DNA from: a phage
Sequence record: PZ445534.1
Strand: one strand, 5' to 3'
Length of the DNA stretch: 64,000 nt
The position numbers were made by a program, and so were the translations under genes. Shown piece after piece: positions 39,252 through 46,858 of the stretch (position 1 is its first letter; the number at the start of each line of letters is the position of its first letter). The notes beneath the pieces are model-generated. The model was not told the DNA's origin and did not search any database. It worked only from the letters and a program-made list of their open reading frames with translations.

Positions 39252-39414
39252 GAGTGACAAGTACACTCAAGATGAGTCAAGATTCACTGTCAAAGGTAAT
39301 ACCGGTAGTGATGTGGCAGCAGCCCTTGAGTTTTACCGTGATGGATTCTACCAGTGTACAATCAAAGCTAATAACCTTATTGATATGATTTTATTAGGAA
39401 ACAAACAGCAATGA
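39145..39414 (+). CDS. lipoprotein (o-spanin-like position, not proline-rich)
   Basis: Signal peptide with lipobox IMSGC; overlaps previous gene out of frame. Confidence 0.3.
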   Translation: MKKLSQSFIMFVLLIIMSGCSTNKVNSTFKNSQVSESDKYTQDESRFTVKGNTGSDVAAALEFYRDGFYQCTIKANNLIDMILLGNKQQ

Positions 39415-39680
39415 CAGAGAATGAAGATACTTTTTACGTAGAAGGTTACTTACTGTTACCACGACCAAAAGAAACTTATATGCGGGTTGATTTCTCACCA
39501 ACCATTATGGATAACGTGATGTGTCATATCTTTATGCAAGGTGTCACAGCACAGCTTAAGCACGTTGATAAAGAGTGCAAAATAAAGGTTGACACTCATC
39601 CAGAAATCAAAGAGAATCACTACACATGGTTCTTACCAGACTCTAAAGAAATCTTAGCAGTTCTTAAAACGAGGAAGTAA
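39411..39680 (+). CDS. hypothetical protein
   Basis: 89-aa ORF. Confidence 0.3.
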   Translation: MTENEDTFYVEGYLLLPRPKETYMRVDFSPTIMDNVMCHIFMQGVTAQLKHVDKECKIKVDTHPEIKENHYTWFLPDSKEILAVLKTRK

Positions 39681-39682
39681 CT

Positions 39683-40009
39683 ATGCAGATTAATGGAAGA
39701 GATTTTGTAGCCGTTTACTACGAGAAAGATAAAGAGGTTGGTGTAGCACAAGTAACTTACGGCAATGGTAAGTGGCTATATGGAACAATCGCAGTAGTAG
39801 GAACAAGAAGTGATACAAAAACTTTTAAAGATTGTGTTGACCTTCTTGAAGAATCCATCCACAATCATTGGTGTCTGATATGGATGACTGACAATGAAGT
39901 GATGGAACGTTTCAAAAAGATTGATATCAACATAGACAGCATTGAGCATGTTGACTTGTATGAACTGACTGAGAAGGTAAATTATGAAAGTAATTCTAGC
40001 CAGAGATAA
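39683..40009 (+). CDS. hypothetical protein
   Basis: 108-aa ORF. Confidence 0.3.
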   Translation: MQINGRDFVAVYYEKDKEVGVAQVTYGNGKWLYGTIAVVGTRSDTKTFKDCVDLLEESIHNHWCLIWMTDNEVMERFKKIDINIDSIEHVDLYELTEKVNYESNSSQR

Positions 40010-40211
40010 AAAGACACGGAAAATTATCCGGTCAGCAGTATTTATTGGAAGAAATGAAGTGATTCCTTTTACAGCAAATGATGTGATAGTCTACAGGAAA
40101 AAATTAGCATTCAGTTATTGCTTACGTGGCTTTATCTCCCAGCCATTAGAAGATTTTAAAAATCGTTGTGGTAAAGGCATCATCATTCAAGAGGCAATTA
40201 TTCATGGCTGA
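39984..40211 (+). CDS. hypothetical protein
   Basis: 75-aa ORF. Confidence 0.25.
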   Translation: MKVILARDKKTRKIIRSAVFIGRNEVIPFTANDVIVYRKKLAFSYCLRGFISQPLEDFKNRCGKGIIIQEAIIHG

Positions 40212-40404
40212 CTTCTGTAAAGATTGTTCTATCGAAATGTTCGGACGTGATACAGGTGACTTAAAAGGTCTTATCACTGAAGATGACTTTAAAGCTGGTT
40301 ATGCAATGCCAGTAATCTGTGAAGGTTGTGGGTGCATCTGGGTAGACCACGAAGGGCAGCGTGTAAAACCTTCAGAAGATAAAGAATCTTGGGAGAGATG
40401 TTAA
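40168..40404 (+). CDS. hypothetical Cys-rich small protein
   Basis: CxxC...CxxC pattern; start may be internal ATG at 40204. Confidence 0.3.
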   Translation: MVKASSFKRQLFMADFCKDCSIEMFGRDTGDLKGLITEDDFKAGYAMPVICEGCGCIWVDHEGQRVKPSEDKESWERC

Positions 40405-41190
40405 ATGGGTATTGTAAAAATCATCAATGGCGATATCTTTGCCGCATTTGATAAAGGTAAGTTTGACATTATTGGTCACGGTTGCAACTGTATGAATTTA
40501 ATGGGTGCAGGTATCGCTGACAAGATTTCTAAACTTTACCCAAAAGCATATGAGACAGATACAGAAGTCTATCTATATGCAGGTGGCATAGGTCACAAAC
40601 CCTGTGAAAATTTACTGGGTAATTTCTCTGTAGCACGTTTAAAACAAGGTCGTATAGCTAACCTTTACACTCAGCTTAAGACTGGTAAAGATGCCCGATA
40701 CAGTGCTTTAGAGTCATCTTTGAAGCAACTTAACAGATACTGTGAAGTTAATCAGTTGAAGAAAGTTGGTTTACCTATGATTGGTGCAGGTATCGGTGGA
40801 CTTGACCCTCAAGCCGTCACAGTTATCATCAATCAGGTGATGAAGAGCGTAGATGTTTATCTATATGTCTATGAAGGAGAGATGTACCATAAGTTACTCT
40901 CAGGTTGGAAGAACTACTGTGAACCAGAATACTTTGCAGGTGTAGCAGTGTTCACAGATAACGCAGTTACCCTCTTCAGACGAAGAAAAGGTAAGATACA
41001 TCAAAGTAACCCTCCGGTTGAAAAGATGTCTCTAAGTAACGCTCTAGTTACCCACCTGTCAAAGAGCAATCACAGAATTGCTGTAACATTTGGTAGTGAT
41101 GCAGAAGCTTATATCTATGCAAGAACTGATGAGGATATTGAGGCAATCTTCTCTTCACCAGAAGTTACCTTCTTAGACGCAAAGAACTAA
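40405..41190 (+). CDS. macrodomain protein (TARG1/OARD1-like ADP-ribose hydrolase fold) with C-terminal extension
   Basis: INGDIFAA...IIGHGCNCMNLMGAGIA and GLPMIGAGIGGLD match TARG1 motifs as recalled (GDLFAC...HCISEDCRMGAGIA and MPRIGCGLDRL). Confidence 0.6.
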   Translation: MGIVKIINGDIFAAFDKGKFDIIGHGCNCMNLMGAGIADKISKLYPKAYETDTEVYLYAGGIGHKPCENLLGNFSVARLKQGRIANLYTQLKTGKDARYSALESSLKQLNRYCEVNQLKKVGLPMIGAGIGGLDPQAVTVIINQVMKSVDVYLYVYEGEMYHKLLSGWKNYCEPEYFAGVAVFTDNAVTLFRRRKGKIHQSNPPVEKMSLSNALVTHLSKSNHRIAVTFGSDAEAYIYARTDEDIEAIFSSPEVTFLDAKN

Positions 41191-41254
41191 GAAACTCTGT
41201 AGGATATTCACAATAGACTAAGCCTTTCTTATCTGGTAAATTTTTCAGGTAAGG

Positions 41255-41500
41255 AGGGCTTTTTCATTTCAGATTTGTGCAGGTAGAGTTCTGTAGAGAA
41301 ATCTATAGAGAAAATTTTGAACTCCAAAGAGAAAATTCATTCTCAAACTGTGCAGGTAATCTCCAAAGAGCTTTTTCATTTTCAAAACGTGCAGACCCCG
41401 CTCAGGTCGGGCAAGAAAAATCATTTTAGAATTGTGCAGGTAGGTTTTTATAGACAGCCAGCCCAACCCCTCTCCCCCTCTTACTCCCCCTCTCCCCAAA
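41255..41500. repeat. four tandem imperfect direct repeats (TTCATTTTCA-N4-6-GTGCAGGTA core) followed by a C-rich tract
   Basis: Repeat copies near 41257, 41330, 41368, 41413; C-rich run CCCAACCCCTCTCCCCCTCTTACTCCCCCTCTCCCC at 41461-41497. Confidence 0.6.
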
Positions 41501-41618
41501 AGTCAAGAGAAAAATTTGTAGCGGATTGAAAAATAATTCTTGATTTGCGTTCTGTTTTGTGGTAGTCGTGCGCACCCGTTTCATTACAGTTTTGCCAAAA
41601 ATATTTTTAAAATTTTTA

Positions 41619-41647
41619 TTGACTCTTTGAACGTGGTTATCTAATAT
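41619..41647 (+). promoter_or_regulatory. sigma70-like promoter, type B cassette (TTGACT-17-TAATAT) followed by 5' leader hairpin
   Basis: -35 41619-41624, -10 41642-41647; hairpin GGAGAGGGAATAACCTTCCCC just downstream. Confidence 0.55.
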
Positions 41648-41713
41648 TTGCATCAACGGAGAGGGAATAACCTTCCCCACTAAATAACTAACCTTAAACT
41701 AGGAGACTCTAAA

Positions 41714-42094
41714 ATGGCATATCGTGCACCTAAATTCATCAATAAAGACAACTTTCGCAACGCACTGGAGAAGGCACTTGATGAGAATTTCAAAGGTAAC
41801 GTTATCGTTGTTCACTCGTTCAATTTCAAGTATGATATCAACGGGAACAAAATCAACCACTACACTGCAACCATGCTAGATGGTACACTATCAAGTGAAA
41901 AAGCCGTACTGAATGCACTAGCAGGACGCGGAAAAGTATTAGTAAGATGTGATAAGAGACGTTATCAAGGCGGCGCATATGGTTACGACGATGCTATTTA
42001 TCATCTTGAAAATATGGGCTATCAAGTAGAAAAAGCTGGGGTATCACAAATCATCGGTAGTGATGGCTACGTGACAATCTTCAAAATTAAATAA
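41714..42094 (+). CDS. early-array small protein 1, hypothetical
   Basis: 126-aa ORF with strong SD (AACTAGGAGACTCTAAAATG). Confidence 0.5.
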   Translation: MAYRAPKFINKDNFRNALEKALDENFKGNVIVVHSFNFKYDINGNKINHYTATMLDGTLSSEKAVLNALAGRGKVLVRCDKRRYQGGAYGYDDAIYHLENMGYQVEKAGVSQIIGSDGYVTIFKIK

Positions 42095-42101
42095 AAAGTA
42101 C

Positions 42102-42130
42102 TTTACAAGGGGCTTATAGTTCGATAAAGT
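42102..42130 (+). promoter_or_regulatory. sigma70-like promoter, type A cassette (TTTACA-17-TAAAGT) overlapping hairpin GGGGCTTA...TAAGCCCC
   Basis: -35 42102-42107, -10 42125-42130; hairpin 42109-42137. Confidence 0.5.
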
Positions 42131-42182
42131 AAGCCCCAGATAAAGAGCTTTACCACTAAATCCTAAATTGGAGAACTTAAAA

Positions 42183-42473
42183 ATGGCTACTATCAAAAAC
42201 GTTGTAATTCCTGCAAAAACTCGTGATGACGCTCGCATTATGGCTAAAAAGTTAGGCGGGAAAGTGGTTGACAACGGAAAACAATCTGCTGTAAGATGGG
42301 GCGTGAAGACTGATAGACAGTTGAAGTTAAAAAATTCACCAATAAACCTTTTTACATGTGTAAACACTATCGGGAAGACAAATGTATACACGAAAAAGGC
42401 ATATATTAGACGCGTAGCCTTAACATCCCCCATTCGTACAATGAGAGGTTATGCAAAACTGAAAATTAACTGA
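42183..42473 (+). CDS. early-array small protein 2, hypothetical basic protein
   Basis: ATG 42183 after GGAGA SD; ORF track starts at upstream TTG. Confidence 0.5.
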   Translation: MATIKNVVIPAKTRDDARIMAKKLGGKVVDNGKQSAVRWGVKTDRQLKLKNSPINLFTCVNTIGKTNVYTKKAYIRRVALTSPIRTMRGYAKLKIN

Positions 42474-42482
42474 TAAAGTACT

Positions 42483-42511
42483 TTACAGGGGGCTTAAAAG
42501 TTGGTATCTTA
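42483..42511 (+). promoter_or_regulatory. sigma70-like promoter, type A cassette (TTTACA-17-TATCTT) overlapping hairpin
   Basis: Hairpin GGGGCTTAA...TTAAGCCCC between -35 and -10. Confidence 0.5.
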
Positions 42512-42561
42512 AGCCCCAGATAAAGAGCTTTACCACTAAATCCTAAACTGGAGATTCAAAA

Positions 42562-43074
42562 ATGAAAACTGTAGACGCTACCTTTGAAGTTGTAAAAGAA
42601 AAATTCACCATTATCTATGAAGCGGTAAATTGCTACGAAGCAAGCCATAACCTTGATAATTGGAAGTTTACAGATGACCATCAAGGCGGCGTGACTGTTA
42701 AAAATCCTAACTATCAGCATAATGCATTTAAATATGCAATCCCTTTGCATTACAGCCTTAAACAGCTTTCAAGTGACTATGCAAAACAAGGCCGGGAAAA
42801 TCCATCGAAAGAGGCTTACACCAGCTTACAGAAAGAACTAGAAAGAGATTTAGAGGCTTCAGAATACAACCTTGCCGCGAAAGTTGTGGATGCAAACGGT
42901 AACACGGTTTTAGAAAGTTTTTATCTTGGTTATGCTTTCGATTGGTGCTATCGTGACGGCGATGATTTAGAGGATAGACTAAAAGAAGAGGTGAACAATT
43001 CAGACGCAGAAACTGAAGTATTAGAACGTTTGGAATCGTTGAAAGACTCAGTGATGAATATCTTTAAGAACTAA
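42562..43074 (+). CDS. early-array small protein 3, hypothetical
   Basis: 170-aa ORF with conserved leader and SD. Confidence 0.5.
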   Translation: MKTVDATFEVVKEKFTIIYEAVNCYEASHNLDNWKFTDDHQGGVTVKNPNYQHNAFKYAIPLHYSLKQLSSDYAKQGRENPSKEAYTSLQKELERDLEASEYNLAAKVVDANGNTVLESFYLGYAFDWCYRDGDDLEDRLKEEVNNSDAETEVLERLESLKDSVMNIFKN

Positions 43075-43084
43075 ATAGCTTTCT

Positions 43085-43113
43085 TTACACGGGGTTATCA
43101 AGCTGGTAGGATA
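43085..43113 (+). promoter_or_regulatory. sigma70-like promoter, type A cassette (TTTACA-17-TAGGAT) overlapping hairpin
   Basis: Hairpin GGGGTTATC...GATAGCCCC keeps pairing via U.G wobble. Confidence 0.45.
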
Positions 43114-43166
43114 GCCCCAGATAAAGAGATTTATCAAATAAAGCCCTTAAACTAGGAGATTCTAAA

Positions 43167-43463
43167 ATGAAATTATCAAATCAAGTGCGTGAAAATCTGA
43201 GCAAATTACTCAACAAAATTGATTTCATTGAAACATCAAGGAATAGTCATGATGTTATGGAATGGTTACACGGCAAAATAAAAGGCCGTCGTGTAGTGAT
43301 TTGCTTATGGAATAGTTGCAGGGAATATAAAAAACCTGTATTGCAAGTTAATATTTATGATGATACTTTTAAAAGTCCTGTAAAGTCTAAAAGCGATTTA
43401 TTAGAATCCTATGAGATAACTGTAAATGGCAAAGTATCACGTAAAGAGGAAACACCATGTTAA
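43167..43463 (+). CDS. early-array small protein 4, hypothetical
   Basis: 98-aa ORF. Confidence 0.5.
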   Translation: MKLSNQVRENLSKLLNKIDFIETSRNSHDVMEWLHGKIKGRRVVICLWNSCREYKKPVLQVNIYDDTFKSPVKSKSDLLESYEITVNGKVSRKEETPC

Positions 43464-43789
43464 TGACTGGTATCACTGCAATCATTGCCATTTTCGCGCT
43501 ATATAAGGCATATAAAGCCTATAATCTAGCAAATAAGGCAATCACACAGCAGGTCAGCAATAACCTTGTAGAGAGCTTTCTAGGGCGTCTCAGTGATGAG
43601 CAAATAAAGCGGCTAGAGATGAGCTTCAGATACAAAGCGAAAACCTATCAGATAAGTGACATCTTCAAAGATGATTTTCAGTTAATCGATGATTATAATT
43701 CACTAATAAATGCTTTAAATATCAGTGACTTAAAAGACTACTACGCTGTAATTGTTCAAGAATTGAGCAAACGAAAACAAAACTGTTGA
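43457..43789 (+). CDS. early-array small protein 5, membrane-anchored hypothetical
   Basis: N-terminal TM ITAIIAIFALY; start overlaps previous stop (ATGTTAATGA). Confidence 0.45.
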   Translation: MLMTGITAIIAIFALYKAYKAYNLANKAITQQVSNNLVESFLGRLSDEQIKRLEMSFRYKAKTYQISDIFKDDFQLIDDYNSLINALNISDLKDYYAVIVQELSKRKQNC

Positions 43790-43814
43790 CACTGGTTTTT
43801 AGATAGATTAAATT
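43786..43814 (+). promoter_or_regulatory. sigma70-like promoter, type B cassette (TTGACA-17-TAAATT)
   Basis: -35 43786-43791, -10 43809-43814, hairpin GGGGAGGGAATGACCTTCCCC at 43825-43845. Confidence 0.6.
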
Positions 43815-43879
43815 ACACATCAACGGGGAGGGAATGACCTTCCCCACTAAATAAAGTCCTTAAACTAGGAGATTCTAAA

Positions 43880-44152
43880 ATGTATACTACTAACAACGGT
43901 CGCACTTTAAATGTCACACTACGTCACTATGTAGATGGTGTCATGCACTTTGAAGACTTACAAGCTGAGCAACATATCTTAGATTGGCAAGTAGCAGGAC
44001 TCCAAAAAACTGCTACGGGATACGGTAAAAAGATTCCAACCAGTTGGAAAGTACACTACGAAGGACGTTTGCGCAGAATTTATCAGGATGTGCAAAGCAA
44101 TAGCGCATCGAGTTACATTATAGTAAAAGGCAAAAAACTGCATTTAATGTAA
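43880..44152 (+). CDS. early-array small protein 6, hypothetical
   Basis: 90-aa ORF. Confidence 0.5.
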   Translation: MYTTNNGRTLNVTLRHYVDGVMHFEDLQAEQHILDWQVAGLQKTATGYGKKIPTSWKVHYEGRLRRIYQDVQSNSASSYIIVKGKKLHLM

Positions 44153-44157
44153 AGTAC

Positions 44158-44186
44158 TTTACATGGGGCTTGGAAGTTGATATCTT
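44158..44186 (+). promoter_or_regulatory. sigma70-like promoter, type A cassette (TTTACA-17-TATCTT) overlapping hairpin
   Basis: Hairpin GGGGCTTGG...TTAAGCCCC with two G.U pairs. Confidence 0.45.
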
Positions 44187-44238
44187 AAGCCCCAGATAAA
44201 GAGCTTTACCACTCAATCCTAAATTGGAGAACTTAAAA

Positions 44239-44643
44239 ATGGCTATTAATAACCGTGAATTATCAATGTTAAAAGCACGTTTGACCGTTAATCGAATCAA
44301 CATTATGACATCATCAGCGCCTGATGAGACATTGCACAACATTATCGGAAAGATTCAAAGCGTTATTTTAGACGTTGAAAACGTAAAAAGTTCATTGGCT
44401 GACGTTGCAGCAGGTATCACGCTAGACGGTGCGCAATATGAAATGTCCGACATGTTAGGCAAATCAAAGGTAATGAATAAAGAGCTTGATTTAAAGATGT
44501 TCCGATTTGCTGTTAAAGTATGGCTATCCGTCGAGTATGACGCTAATTTTGCAATCGCTGATTTCTTTGCCACTTGGTTACAACGTAATTTGACAAATCA
44601 CGATTTTCGTGATGTCTGTGATGCAATTTATGCAGAACTCTAA
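44239..44643 (+). CDS. early-array small protein 7, hypothetical
   Basis: ATG 44239 after GGAGA SD. Confidence 0.5.
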   Translation: MAINNRELSMLKARLTVNRINIMTSSAPDETLHNIIGKIQSVILDVENVKSSLADVAAGITLDGAQYEMSDMLGKSKVMNKELDLKMFRFAVKVWLSVEYDANFAIADFFATWLQRNLTNHDFRDVCDAIYAEL

Positions 44644-44652
44644 AAAATTTTG

Positions 44653-44681
44653 TTGACACTGGTTTTTAGATAGATTAAATT
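44653..44681 (+). promoter_or_regulatory. sigma70-like promoter, type B cassette (TTGACA-17-TAAATT)
   Basis: Near-identical copy of 43786-43845 element. Confidence 0.6.
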
Positions 44682-44744
44682 ACACATCAACGGGGAGGGA
44701 ATGACCTTCCCCACTAAATAAAGTCCTAAACTGGAGATTCTAAA

Positions 44745-44948
44745 ATGGCTATTATTAACGGTTTAACCATTGAAACTACACACATCAAAGATATCAAAGT
44801 TGGCGATATAGTCCTTTCCCACGGCGTAGAAAAAACTGTCACTGCAAAGGATATCAAAGAGGATTCTTTCATGGGTAGGACTCTTTTCGGTGATTCTTAT
44901 TGCTTAGGTTACCTTGCAGTTTTAAAAGTTGTCAAAAATAACAAATAA
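44745..44948 (+). CDS. early-array small protein 8, hypothetical
   Basis: 67-aa ORF. Confidence 0.45.
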   Translation: MAIINGLTIETTHIKDIKVGDIVLSHGVEKTVTAKDIKEDSFMGRTLFGDSYCLGYLAVLKVVKNNK

Positions 44949-44953
44949 AGTAC

Positions 44954-44982
44954 TTTACATGGGGCTTATAGTTCGATAAAGT
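44954..44982 (+). promoter_or_regulatory. sigma70-like promoter, type A cassette (TTTACA-17-TAAAGT) overlapping hairpin
   Basis: Same element as 42102-42137. Confidence 0.5.
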
Positions 44983-45032
44983 AAGCCCCAGATAAAGAGC
45001 TTTACACAATCCTTAAACTAGGAGATTAAAAA

Positions 45033-45281
45033 ATGATGAATTATTTCAATATCCCTGATACCTGCCGACTGTTGACACGAGAAGAAAACTTGGGTAAACC
45101 TTTTCTTTACCACATGCCAGATAACACACCAAAAACTTATAGTTACAATGTCAACCGTTTTACCGCATACGCTGCAAAGAACGGTTATAAGTTGGTCACT
45201 CAAAAAGTAATGCTGGTTACAATCGCTGACGAGGTTCCTACGGTTGCAGTTAAACTAATTTTCTCAAAGAAAGTTAAATAA
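45033..45281 (+). CDS. early-array small protein 9, hypothetical
   Basis: 82-aa ORF. Confidence 0.45.
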   Translation: MMNYFNIPDTCRLLTREENLGKPFLYHMPDNTPKTYSYNVNRFTAYAAKNGYKLVTQKVMLVTIADEVPTVAVKLIFSKKVK

Positions 45282-45286
45282 AGTAC

Positions 45287-45315
45287 TTTACAAGGGGCTT
45301 ATAGTTCGATAAAGT
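45287..45315 (+). promoter_or_regulatory. sigma70-like promoter, type A cassette (TTTACA-17-TAAAGT) overlapping hairpin
   Basis: Same element as 42102-42137. Confidence 0.5.
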
Positions 45316-45365
45316 AAGCCCCAGATAAAGAGCTTTACACAATCCTTAAACTAGGAGATTCAAAA

Positions 45366-45908
45366 ATGAAATGCTATCACGGAACTACTCAAGAAAATTT
45401 CCTCAACCTGATTAATAACGGTGATAAACCATCAGGCGCATGGAATTGTTCGGATATGGACGGCAATTTTTACGTGTATCCAGAAAATAAAATCTATGGC
45501 GACGATGAGGAAGAAATAGCATCAGAGGGCATTCAGCAAGCTCTAGGCAATGCCACTATCACCGCAGCTTTTCAGATGAAGACTCAAAATATTGTTATCT
45601 TAGAACTCGATATTCCAGAGGATGAGCTAAATGATGATTATTCTTGTGATAATATGTCGAGTGTAGCAAGTTTTACAGAGTACTTTGATGTAAATTGGAT
45701 TAAAAAGGTCTATACAACAGAGTTTAACGCTATGTATTCACCTTTTTGTCTTCCTTCATTGGATAACCCAAATTTAAACTATCTTGATGAGCCTCTGGAG
45801 CTTCTTGCTAAAAGTGTCCAACAGTCGGACAGTATTCAGGTTTTTTGTGACATCATGGACACACTAACGGGAAACATCGCAGAAGAGGATTTAAAGAGCT
45901 TTTTCTAA
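45366..45908 (+). CDS. early-array protein 10; possible ADP-ribosyltransferase-like fold (tentative)
   Basis: N-terminal CYHGTT resembles the YHGT NAD-binding motif of H-Y-E class ADP-ribosyltransferases; otherwise unassigned. Confidence 0.25.
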   Translation: MKCYHGTTQENFLNLINNGDKPSGAWNCSDMDGNFYVYPENKIYGDDEEEIASEGIQQALGNATITAAFQMKTQNIVILELDIPEDELNDDYSCDNMSSVASFTEYFDVNWIKKVYTTEFNAMYSPFCLPSLDNPNLNYLDEPLELLAKSVQQSDSIQVFCDIMDTLTGNIAEEDLKSFF

Positions 45909-45940
45909 AAACCTATGCAATCGCCTTATAAACACTGATT

Positions 45941-45961
45941 AGCCCCTCACAGGGGCTTTTA
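45941..45961 (+). terminator. weak terminator-like hairpin
   Basis: AGCCCCT-CAC-AGGGGCT then TTTT. Confidence 0.4.
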
Positions 45962-45974
45962 AGAGGCTTAAATC

Positions 45975-46208
45975 ATGCTTACAACCGTTTATCTTATCCT
46001 TTCTATTTGTAATGGTCATTCATGTGATTTTAAAGGGCTTGATGAGTTTACAGGAAGTAAAGAAAATGCTGTTCAGGTCTGTCAGATAGCAAGGCAAGAC
46101 TACCCCGCCAGTGATGACATACAATGTTACTTTAAGACAGAAGATGAAGATGGTATCTATTTCGATAGTGTAGACGGTCAATATGAAATAATTATAGAAA
46201 AAGACTAG
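45975..46208 (+). CDS. early-array small protein 11, Cys-containing, signal-peptide-like N-terminus
   Basis: 77-aa ORF, N-terminal hydrophobic segment. Confidence 0.4.
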   Translation: MLTTVYLILSICNGHSCDFKGLDEFTGSKENAVQVCQIARQDYPASDDIQCYFKTEDEDGIYFDSVDGQYEIIIEKD

Positions 46209-46234
46209 ACAAGCCTGATAAAAATCTGTAAATT
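46206..46234 (+). promoter_or_regulatory. sigma70-like promoter, type B cassette (TAGACA-17-TAAATT)
   Basis: -10 TAAATT 46229-46234 followed by GGGGAGGGAATGACCTTCCCC hairpin. Confidence 0.5.
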
Positions 46235-46297
46235 ACTAATCAACGGGGAGGGAATGACCTTCCCCACTAAACAAAATCCTAAACTGGAGATTCAAAA

Positions 46298-46639
46298 ATG
46301 GCTTATGTAACCGTAATTACCGATAAAGCTGGCGCATCTTGGTCAACTCAGGTTAGTGATAAGATGTCGCCTATGCAGTGCCTAAAATACTTTGAACAGT
46401 GGAACAAAGGCGAGGACACAAGCCCCTTTCACGTAATGCAGATTATTCATGTAGACAATGAAGGGAAGAAAACAACCCTGAATAGTGAGTACTACGCAAG
46501 CCGTTTTGAAACGAGAAGTAAAGCAATGAAGCTCTTACGTGAGGCCGGATATGGTCACATTGCCGCGATAATCTGGGATGACCTTCTAAAAAGTCAACGT
46601 ATCAGCTATGTAAAGCCTGAAAAAATATTCATCAGTTAA
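46298..46639 (+). CDS. early-array small protein 12, hypothetical
   Basis: 113-aa ORF. Confidence 0.5.
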   Translation: MAYVTVITDKAGASWSTQVSDKMSPMQCLKYFEQWNKGEDTSPFHVMQIIHVDNEGKKTTLNSEYYASRFETRSKAMKLLREAGYGHIAAIIWDDLLKSQRISYVKPEKIFIS

Positions 46640-46768
46640 TCAATAACTTACAAAAAACTTTTAAAAAAGTGTTGACAATACCCCTTGACATTGGTAACTT
46701 TGTTCGAGGGGGTTTATCTAAAAGGGATTCACTTAAAAGATTCTTTATAGATAAGCTTAAAAAATTGC

Positions 46769-46797
46769 TTGCAATCAGCTATCAAAACAAGTAAATT
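46769..46797 (+). promoter_or_regulatory. sigma70-like promoter, type B cassette (TTGCAA-17-TAAATT)
   Basis: Followed by variant hairpin GGGAGGGATGACCTCCCC. Confidence 0.5.
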
Positions 46798-46858
46798 ACT
46801 AATCAACGGGAGGGATGACCTCCCCACTAAATAAAATCCTTAAACTAGGAGAGTCAAA

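Noticed and set aside
41461-41497. C-rich tract as a telomere-like end or G-quadruplex-forming element
   Set aside because: No way to establish this from sequence alone; retained only as part of the repeat-region finding. Quadruplex or terminus function would need biochemical or read-terminus data.
41269-41680. ORFs 41269-41499 (-), 41317-41529 (+), 41426-41680 (-) predicted inside the tandem-repeat / C-rich region
   Set aside because: They overlap one another, consist of repeat-derived low-complexity sequence (poly-Pro/Ser from the C-rich tract), lack RBS, and sit in an obvious regulatory repeat region.
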